From assembly GCA_003345545.1 (NCBI GenBank), contig PRDH01000003.1:1-64000 (forward strand): a stretch of 64,000 bases of DNA, read 5' to 3'. Under the pieces are notes generated by a model. The model was not told the origin of the DNA and searched no databases. It saw only the letters and a list, made by a program, of their open reading frames with translations. The DNA is from Candidatus Thorarchaeota archaeon. GTDB taxonomy: Archaea; Asgardarchaeota; Thorarchaeia; Thorarchaeales; Thorarchaeaceae. Each line of letters opens with the position of its first letter. Positions within the stretch are counted from its first letter, which is position 1. Below are positions 56,996 to 64,000 of this stretch, piece after piece. A program made the position numbers and the translations under genes.

Positions 56996-59854
56996 ATGTT
57001 CCTGCTGTCGCGTCTCTCAGCAAGAGCACCAGAAGTGATTACAACACTGGTAATATTCTCACTATCCAGCGGAGTACTTGGAGGCGTGCTGTTCTACATG
57101 GACTCGGCTTCTCCCGACGTCCTGGACGACATGACGTCAGATGTGCCGATTGATATGCAGGTTTCATTCACTCCCCCATTTTACACGCAGAATCTGACCA
57201 ATCCAAATAGTACAACGATGGAAGATATCGAGAACGGTGTGTCTGCTCAGGATTTCGTCATATCTACTGAGAGAGTTGTTTTTGCAGAAGTAGAAGATTG
57301 GAATGAGGAGGACTACCGATATGTTAGGAAAGGCTTCCTTGGCGCAGACTATGGTGCTTTCCAAAGTTTCGCTGATGCAATTGATGCTAGTTTCGAAGAC
57401 CTGACATACGATGACAATTCATGCATTCTGGAGAAGTCACTCTTTCTGAGAATTGGCGCAGAGGTTGGCGACAATTTCACGCTTAGTATGACAGTATACA
57501 ACAGCACTTGGGAATTGGTGGAGCTAGAGAGGACGTTCATAGTCGTAGGAACATTCACATCGAATATCTATATGAATGAGATATTCTGGGACCAGCCAGA
57601 GGTCACATACCTGCAGATGATTACAACGCCAGAAGCAATAAATGCCACCTTCAGTATCATCGGTCATGGACAGTATCACGGAGTCCAAGACAAGATTTGG
57701 GTCAAGTTCGACCATACAGCCATTATCCAATCAGACATAGCGAGTGTGGAGGAGTCTCTTCTCAATGTCAAGAGACGGGTTGAAAATGAGTATCTTCCCT
57801 ACGTGATGATCAACTACAATGACTTCCAGCTCATGGATGCAGTCTATGAGTATACCATCTGGTCGGTAAGTATGCGGACAGTTGCTTTGTCATTCTCACT
57901 TCCAACCATTATAATGGGGGTGATGCTTATCCAGTACAATACTCGATTACTTGCTGACTCTCAGAGGAGAGATGTTGGTACTCTCAAGACAAGAGGCTCG
58001 TCAGGCATGCAAGCTTCTTCATGGGTGCTCAGCAATGCACTCGCGACAGGATTCCTAGGAAGCATTGGTGCCGTTTGCACGGGCATTGCTGCCGCAATAC
58101 TGTCGAGCACAGTGAAGGAACTACTTGTGTTTGACCTAGGGCATCTTGCGGGCTTTACCATCCTTCTTCAACCTGTTGCTGTTGCTGCAGTATTCTTCTT
58201 TTCCTTCATAATAGGAATCATAGTTGCTTTGCCTGCCGCAATCAAAGCGTTACTCATGACACCCTCAGAGGCTCACGCATCGCTTGAGAGTGCTACCCTC
58301 TCAGATTCGGAAAAGATGGGGAGCCCTATTACAGATCTATTGATGATTGGCATAGCAGGTTGGCTGCTCTTGCCAATGATGAGTATGTTTGTCTATTTAG
58401 GGATGGGCGCTTTTGGATCATTTGCCGCGGCAGCGGTGATTATTCCAGTACTAGGTGTCTTTCTCTTTGGATTCGTGCGTTTGCTATCGAGACCAGCTGC
58501 TACAATCAAGGCCAAGATACTTGGGAGAGTAAGACGGCCATCCCTTATCGTGGGCTTGCGACTCATGTCAAGAACAGTCCTTATGTTCAAGAAATCGGAA
58601 GCGATGGGGACAATGTTTGTTGCAATGGTATTCACCGCCGGTATCTTCGCCTCGATTTCAGCGACGACAGGAAATGTCCATATGAAACAGATTTTCATGT
58701 TTCAGACAGGAGCCGACATTGTGGTTGATGTTGATGCAAGCTTCACCAATGTCACGCTGGACCTTCTGGAGAACATTAGCGGCGTTGACGGAGTTGCTCA
58801 TGTAAGCCCGATGTTTCGTACAACCGCCTATGTGCAATACTGGGACTCATACTACTATGGATATCGAGATCACATAAATCGTACAATCTTTGTCTTCGGA
58901 GTCGACCCAGACACTTGGATAGAATCAGCATTCTGGTTGAGTTACTTCTCATATTATGCGTCGCCCAGTTTGTCGATTGCGTTACTCTCAGAGCCAGCAT
59001 CCGATGGCATCAATGTGATTACTTCTTTCAAGCCAGTCGACCATTATACTATGGATTCCACCGGATATTCGTATCCAGTGTATTCCAATTCTATCGACTT
59101 GCAGATTATCACTCCCGAATCGAGAAACATAACCTCGTGTACTATTGTTGATGTCCTGGCTGCCGCTGTCAGTAATTATCCGGGTGTGACATATCTGCCT
59201 GGCGAACCTGATGCTACTGATTTCGTTATAGCTGACCTCGAGTTCATTCATTCGAGCTTTAATACAACTCAGGTTTCAAAGTTCTATGTCGACATAGAGC
59301 CTGATGCAAATTACACAAGAGTCAGTAACGATATCCACGCCATCGCGCCGTACGCTTTCAATGATATCGAGTCGCCCTTCGCCAATATCAATGACGTTCT
59401 CGCATCAAGGGGGACTCAATCCATAAATGGAGCATATACTCTCAATGTGATATTCTCTTTGGTTTATTTGACAATAGGCATATCAATCGTAAGTCTAGTG
59501 CGAGCCAGAGGACTCAGGAAGCAACTCTCAGTGATTCGTGCTCTTGGCGCGCCGAGCAAGTCGATAATCGTGGCAGCTCTCTCTGAAACCAGTATTGGCT
59601 TACTCATCGCGGCAGCAATTGGCTCGATAGTTGGTATTTCTCTTGCTTACCTATTCATGAATTTGCCGCTCATCTATATGGGCGTGGCGACTGCCAGCAT
59701 ATGGTCGCGTCTGCCGGTCTTTCTGCAGATACCTATTCCGTTGCTGCTTACAATAATCGTTGTGTCAATTGGGGTTGCTTTGGCTGCCACATACTTCATA
59801 CTTATTCGAATCTTGGGACTGAACATTGCGGAAGAAATACAATACAATGAGTGA
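56996..59854 (+). CDS. FtsX/MacB-type ABC permease (type B1)
   Basis: RRDVGTLKTRG, GAD and RKQLSVIRALGA motifs; abuts A1. Confidence 0.85.
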   Translation: MFLLSRLSARAPEVITTLVIFSLSSGVLGGVLFYMDSASPDVLDDMTSDVPIDMQVSFTPPFYTQNLTNPNSTTMEDIENGVSAQDFVISTERVVFAEVEDWNEEDYRYVRKGFLGADYGAFQSFADAIDASFEDLTYDDNSCILEKSLFLRIGAEVGDNFTLSMTVYNSTWELVELERTFIVVGTFTSNIYMNEIFWDQPEVTYLQMITTPEAINATFSIIGHGQYHGVQDKIWVKFDHTAIIQSDIASVEESLLNVKRRVENEYLPYVMINYNDFQLMDAVYEYTIWSVSMRTVALSFSLPTIIMGVMLIQYNTRLLADSQRRDVGTLKTRGSSGMQASSWVLSNALATGFLGSIGAVCTGIAAAILSSTVKELLVFDLGHLAGFTILLQPVAVAAVFFFSFIIGIIVALPAAIKALLMTPSEAHASLESATLSDSEKMGSPITDLLMIGIAGWLLLPMMSMFVYLGMGAFGSFAAAAVIIPVLGVFLFGFVRLLSRPAATIKAKILGRVRRPSLIVGLRLMSRTVLMFKKSEAMGTMFVAMVFTAGIFASISATTGNVHMKQIFMFQTGADIVVDVDASFTNVTLDLLENISGVDGVAHVSPMFRTTAYVQYWDSYYYGYRDHINRTIFVFGVDPDTWIESAFWLSYFSYYASPSLSIALLSEPASDGINVITSFKPVDHYTMDSTGYSYPVYSNSIDLQIITPESRNITSCTIVDVLAAAVSNYPGVTYLPGEPDATDFVIADLEFIHSSFNTTQVSKFYVDIEPDANYTRVSNDIHAIAPYAFNDIESPFANINDVLASRGTQSINGAYTLNVIFSLVYLTIGISIVSLVRARGLRKQLSVIRALGAPSKSIIVAALSETSIGLLIAAAIGSIVGISLAYLFMNLPLIYMGVATASIWSRLPVFLQIPIPLLLTIIVVSIGVALAATYFILIRILGLNIAEEIQYNE

Positions 59855-60750
59855 TCATCATGTCGGAAAACCTTGACCAAATCTCGGAACAATACAAAAT
59901 AGTGGTGAGAGACCTTATGAAGGTCTATAGGAGGGGTCAAAAGGAAGTCATCGCGCTCCGAGGAGTCGACTTTGAGGTCAGTGAGGGAGAATTCCTTTCG
60001 ATAATTGGCCCATCAGGCAGCGGGAAGTCAACTCTGCTCAAGATGCTTGGAGCTCTGGACAAGCCAACAGCGGGAGTCATACTCTATGACGGTCATAGTG
60101 TCAATGCCTTGGATGATCGTCGTTCAATGCTTTATCGACGACAGAAAGTTGGATTCGTTTGGCAGATTGGAAACCTAGTTCCAGGGCTTAGCGCCCTCAA
60201 GAATGTAATTCTGCCGATGAAGCTTGCAGGGGCGCCATCGAGCGCTTCGACTGAACGAGCCACCATGCTTCTTGAAACTCTGGGGCTTGCCGACAGAATG
60301 AATCATAAACCCAACCAGCTATCAGGAGGCGAGAACCAACGTGTGGCAATCTGCGTTGCCCTCGCCAACAGCCCGGAATTACTTCTAGGTGATGAGATTA
60401 CAGGAGAGCTGGACTCCGAAACCACAGAGGTTGTAATGGACTCCCTTAAGAGAACAAACAAGGAATTTGGCACGACTGTCATTAACGTCACTCATAATCC
60501 TAAGGTCGCTGAATACGCCGATAGAGTCCTCAGGATTCGTGATGGTTTGATTGAGGGTCAGAAGCACATCCTATATGGTGACATCACTGAGATTGATGCA
60601 AAGGGAAGAATGGTCATACCGGATACAATTCGACGACTTGCTGGACTTGGTAAGAGGGTAGTATTGCGAGCAACCTCAGACGGGCTTCTCATCAGCCCCC
60701 TCGACACCAGTGGTGAAGCCAGTAGTGGCCAAGATGCATCAATAGAGTGA
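59851..60750 (+). CDS. LolD-type ABC ATPase with C-terminal AbrB/MazE-like domain
   Basis: GPSGSGKST, LSGGENQR, DEITGELD, VTHN; tail IDAKGRMVIPDTIRRLAGL...GLLISP. Confidence 0.85.
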   Translation: MIIMSENLDQISEQYKIVVRDLMKVYRRGQKEVIALRGVDFEVSEGEFLSIIGPSGSGKSTLLKMLGALDKPTAGVILYDGHSVNALDDRRSMLYRRQKVGFVWQIGNLVPGLSALKNVILPMKLAGAPSSASTERATMLLETLGLADRMNHKPNQLSGGENQRVAICVALANSPELLLGDEITGELDSETTEVVMDSLKRTNKEFGTTVINVTHNPKVAEYADRVLRIRDGLIEGQKHILYGDITEIDAKGRMVIPDTIRRLAGLGKRVVLRATSDGLLISPLDTSGEASSGQDASIE

Positions 60751-60799
60751 AAGATGAGCAATCTCTATATCGGAGCATACGGACCGGGGGTCAGGGACA

Positions 60800-61036
60800 A
60801 TGATGAAAAGCAAACAGAAGATGCCATGGTCATTCTATTCCACACTCGCATCCTTCGGAGTGTTCTTCGCTTCAGCGAATATGTATTTTCTAACTACGTG
60901 GCTCAATCATCCATTCAAATCGGACCTCTGGCTTATTGGTGTCGTCATAGGTCTTGCTTGGCTCGTGTATTCAATTCACATGGTGAGAAGACATCAACAA
61001 GAATTGATTGAGAAGAAGCAACTCGAAGGCAGTTGA
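60800..61036 (+). CDS. Small two-TM protein within the ABC cluster
   Basis: Two hydrophobic helices and a charged tail; co-oriented. Confidence 0.6.
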   Translation: MMKSKQKMPWSFYSTLASFGVFFASANMYFLTTWLNHPFKSDLWLIGVVIGLAWLVYSIHMVRRHQQELIEKKQLEGS

Positions 61037-61115
61037 CAGTTGCTATGGCGCAATCAGGTACGGTTTTATGCCAGTCTATGGTGTTTTTTTCCAACAGGGA
61101 GGCCTGAACAAGGAC

Positions 61116-63878
61116 GTGCACCCGACCTTTGACTCACCCATGACGCCTCTAAGAAGAAGGACTGTCACTCTGTTCTGTTTTCTAATGGCAGTCTCTATTC
61201 TGTCATCCATTTTCATCTATGTCGATTCCAACTCGCTGACGACATGGTCAGAATGCAACAGGGATGTCGGACCCGTCGCAATGAGGGTCATAGGAGATAA
61301 TCTTCATTTGGCCTTAGATGAAATAAGAAACATTCCTCATGTCACACAGGCAAGTCTTGTTGAAACTGCCCCGGCCTATCTTAGAATGGATAAGGATCTA
61401 GTCTATGTTGGTTCCCCAGATGATCCTTTCAACCCGACCTTCCTCCTACAGGGAAATGCATATGCTCTCAGTGACGATTTCATTATCAACTTCCCCGAGG
61501 AGTTCGAGATAGTGGAAGGGAGGTATCCTATGAACTCCTCAGAGATAGCATTAACATATGCAGATGCTGCAGAGTGGAACATACCCATAGGTCGAATGAT
61601 GAACTATACACACACTCTTAATGGAGAAAAGCGCACGATATTTGTTGTTGGCTTCTTCAAGCTAGAGTGCTATGATGCAATAAGATATGCAGCTGCGAAA
61701 ATCATTGCCATTGTCACGTCAGATGTGCTGAATCCATTGGCAACGAAGACACTGGGCTACATAGACGTTGATAGGGACATCTTGTCGCCAGGAGATCCCA
61801 GAGGAAGCCTTAGTCTGCTTCTAGGAATCGAAGACAGCATCGCTCGAACCGATCCGTCCGACATGCTGTACTCAAACTACTTTGTCGACAACTATCTTGC
61901 AATGGGGGTACAATCGTATCTGGACTCCCTGAATCTTCAAAGAATCAGACAAATCTCCAGAACACAATCGCTTCTCCTGCTCACAGGAATAATGGGCTTT
62001 CTCGCCGTACGATTCAATATCACCTCACGCGAATCTGAGATGGACTTTCATGTGATGAGAGGAGCCTCTAGAATCAGGATTCTGAGGTTGACTATGGTTG
62101 AATTGTGGTTACTATCAATCCTGTCAAGCGCACTATCTATTGTCCTCGGCCTATTTCTAAGCGGGCTCGCAGGAAGCTCGAATGGCTATCTTGACTTCGG
62201 TTTTGAAGATTCATTTGGGAGTCCACTACTTCTTACCATTGACACTGTAGTCGTACTTGGACTCGCTGGCTTTCTTCTACCCGCAATTGGATATGTGACT
62301 CACAAAGCAATCCGGACTGTCACCAGCGTAGAAACGGGGCAGAGTCAACTGGCAAAGATTGTAAGGAACATTCGACTCGTACGTTGGGATGTCGCTACCA
62401 CTCTACTCGGCATTCTGCTGATATTGACACTGTATATAGGCGGTCAGAGCGTTAGTGGAAATGCAGTCCTTGTGCTTATTGCGAGTCTCGTACCGATTCC
62501 GCTCTTCCTGGCCATTGCCAGCATGTTCAAGAAAAGCATCGTACGGCTGACAATGCCACTCTCCCGTCTTCTGCGTAAAGCTACTGGTAAGATACCTGCG
62601 ACCGTGGGCATTCGAGGCGTCGCGATTAGGGACAATATGGCGCTCCCTGTCATCTTGATCGTGTCACTCACGCTTTCATCATGTCTCATAAGTAATATAG
62701 TGGCAACCAGTCTGCCCAATACTCATCTCTTCCAGACAAGATATCTCATCGGTGGAGACCTATCGTTCCATCTAGACAATGGGGAATTAGGCCAATGGAG
62801 TGACTTCAGCGAAGCTGTTCTACAACAGGAAGATGCGGAAGCAGCCTCACTTGTATCGATCGGATTCCTTTCACTATCGGAAGGAGCTGAAGGAATCGTA
62901 GAATTCATCGCTATTAGCCCGGAGCAGTATCGTCATGTTGGATACAGTCACACAGGGGAGGAACTAGATAGCTCAAGTCAGAGTGGCTTCTTGTTAGAAC
63001 TTGAGGCGAATCCGGAGGGAGCTATTCTTACATCAGACATAGCATCAGAATACAACCTGATCCTTGGGGATACTTTGCGCGTGTTTTCATTCTGGGACAT
63101 CTCAATCACTACTGAATTCAACATCGTTGGAGTAACAGATGCGATTCCACGGCCAAAGGTGATTGGCCAGGCCACATCCGAGTCTGTTGTAGGTACGAGG
63201 GAAGTATGGCTCAACCGCAATCACCTAGGAGCTCTTATCGATTTGAATGCCACGGCAGAAACCTTCCTCTGTGCCAGGGTGTCTGATGGTGCCAACGCCA
63301 CAGAGATTGGCGAAGATGCACTAGAGGACTATGAGTCAGTAATCCATTCCCAGAACGAGTGGTCTTCAGCCACAGCTGAATTGGACTCCTTCTACGCAGT
63401 TCCGAGATACTGCATTGACAGAGCAATTGATAACATGTTGACTATCAATCTGGCATTTTGCATGTTTGCAGCTCTCATCGCCTTTCAGGTCGATAGACAA
63501 CGCATTGACAGAGGATGCAATGCTTTGCTCAAATTGCTGGGCGCTCCCAAGAAGTTGCTCGTGAGAACTCGCTATGCAGAGGTGTTGGCGCTTATCCTCT
63601 TCAGTTTCCTTCTGGTGGCAATATTCAGCTCAATCAGCATAGCAAACACCCTTCGGATCGAGCTACTCGAATACAGTACTTGGCGATATACATTCCCAGT
63701 TTCAATTTTCGCATTCGCAGATTGGAGCGGGTACCTATGGGTAGCCGTGTTCCTGCTTGTGCCATCAGTAGTACTAACGACTGCTCTTTCGACAAGGAGT
63801 GACAAGAGGAGTATTGCTAGTGTACTGGAAGATATAGAGTTGTTTCGAAAAACTCGTTTCGTAGGAGAAACCAGCTGA
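61116..63878 (+). CDS. FtsX/MacB-type ABC permease (type A2, paralog of 54218-56995)
   Basis: LRRRTVTLFCFL matches LRRRAVTLLCFL; RWDV and G.DLSF.LD are shared. Start uncertain (CTG 61104 or GTG 61116). Confidence 0.8.
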   Translation: MHPTFDSPMTPLRRRTVTLFCFLMAVSILSSIFIYVDSNSLTTWSECNRDVGPVAMRVIGDNLHLALDEIRNIPHVTQASLVETAPAYLRMDKDLVYVGSPDDPFNPTFLLQGNAYALSDDFIINFPEEFEIVEGRYPMNSSEIALTYADAAEWNIPIGRMMNYTHTLNGEKRTIFVVGFFKLECYDAIRYAAAKIIAIVTSDVLNPLATKTLGYIDVDRDILSPGDPRGSLSLLLGIEDSIARTDPSDMLYSNYFVDNYLAMGVQSYLDSLNLQRIRQISRTQSLLLLTGIMGFLAVRFNITSRESEMDFHVMRGASRIRILRLTMVELWLLSILSSALSIVLGLFLSGLAGSSNGYLDFGFEDSFGSPLLLTIDTVVVLGLAGFLLPAIGYVTHKAIRTVTSVETGQSQLAKIVRNIRLVRWDVATTLLGILLILTLYIGGQSVSGNAVLVLIASLVPIPLFLAIASMFKKSIVRLTMPLSRLLRKATGKIPATVGIRGVAIRDNMALPVILIVSLTLSSCLISNIVATSLPNTHLFQTRYLIGGDLSFHLDNGELGQWSDFSEAVLQQEDAEAASLVSIGFLSLSEGAEGIVEFIAISPEQYRHVGYSHTGEELDSSSQSGFLLELEANPEGAILTSDIASEYNLILGDTLRVFSFWDISITTEFNIVGVTDAIPRPKVIGQATSESVVGTREVWLNRNHLGALIDLNATAETFLCARVSDGANATEIGEDALEDYESVIHSQNEWSSATAELDSFYAVPRYCIDRAIDNMLTINLAFCMFAALIAFQVDRQRIDRGCNALLKLLGAPKKLLVRTRYAEVLALILFSFLLVAIFSSISIANTLRIELLEYSTWRYTFPVSIFAFADWSGYLWVAVFLLVPSVVLTTALSTRSDKRSIASVLEDIELFRKTRFVGETS

Positions 63879-64000
63879 TGTACCTATCATCGAGAATAAG
63901 ATCCAGTGCACCAGAGATTCTTGTTGCATTCTTGATTTTTTCTCTCTCTACAGGTGTTGTTGGAGGAGTGCTTCTTTACGTCGACAGCATAGGGCCCGAT
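63878..64000 (+). CDS. 5' end of FtsX-type permease (type B2, paralog of 56996-59854)
   Basis: Not in ORF track: MYLSSRIRSSAPEILVAFLIFSLSTGVVGGVLLYVDSIGPD versus MFLLSRLSARAPEVITTLVIFSLSSGVLGGVLFYMDSASPD. Confidence 0.8.
   Translation, partial: MYLSSRIRSSAPEILVAFLIFSLSTGVVGGVLLYVDSIGPD

Noticed and set aside
1-64000. CRISPR arrays, IS elements, integrases, rRNA/tRNA genes
   Set aside because: No regularly spaced repeats, transposase/recombinase motifs or RNA-gene signatures seen by eye; tRNAscan-SE and Infernal would be needed to exclude them formally.

Overview
Gene-dense archaeal chromosomal window of about 55 genes. Taxonomy is inferred as Asgard archaeon, most likely Thorarchaeia, from several longin/uDENN-like proteins, a Rab-like GTPase, a gelsolin-like small protein, a TackOD1-like domain, Ig-repeat surface proteins and archaeal GGR/AOR/FrhB-type enzymes. 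I found no rRNA, tRNA, CRISPR array or mobile element by eye. Routine content: a two-component module, DMT/MFS/ABC transporters, HtrA, RibA, an F420-dependent oxidoreductase subunit, AOR, GDPD, GGR, FadD and a duplicated MacB/FtsX-type ABC cluster. The best candidate for an undescribed system is 31977-37704: two paralogous longin + tandem winged-helix proteins (NPRL2/NPRL3-like architecture), the second overlapping the start of a MinD/ParA-class ATPase with an Arg-type deviant Walker A. These are flanked by a divergent membrane protein with a helix-hairpin-helix tail and a uDENN-like/TackOD1 fusion. Other notable items: a block of eukaryote-like folds at 12.9-16.1 kb; a PEP-utiliser kinase/beta-rich protein/pseudo-phosphatase locus; four intact ORFs with degenerate active sites; four disrupted genes; a structured leader ahead of an ABC operon; and three coding regions missing from the ORF track. 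All domain calls come from motif recognition by eye, not from searches.
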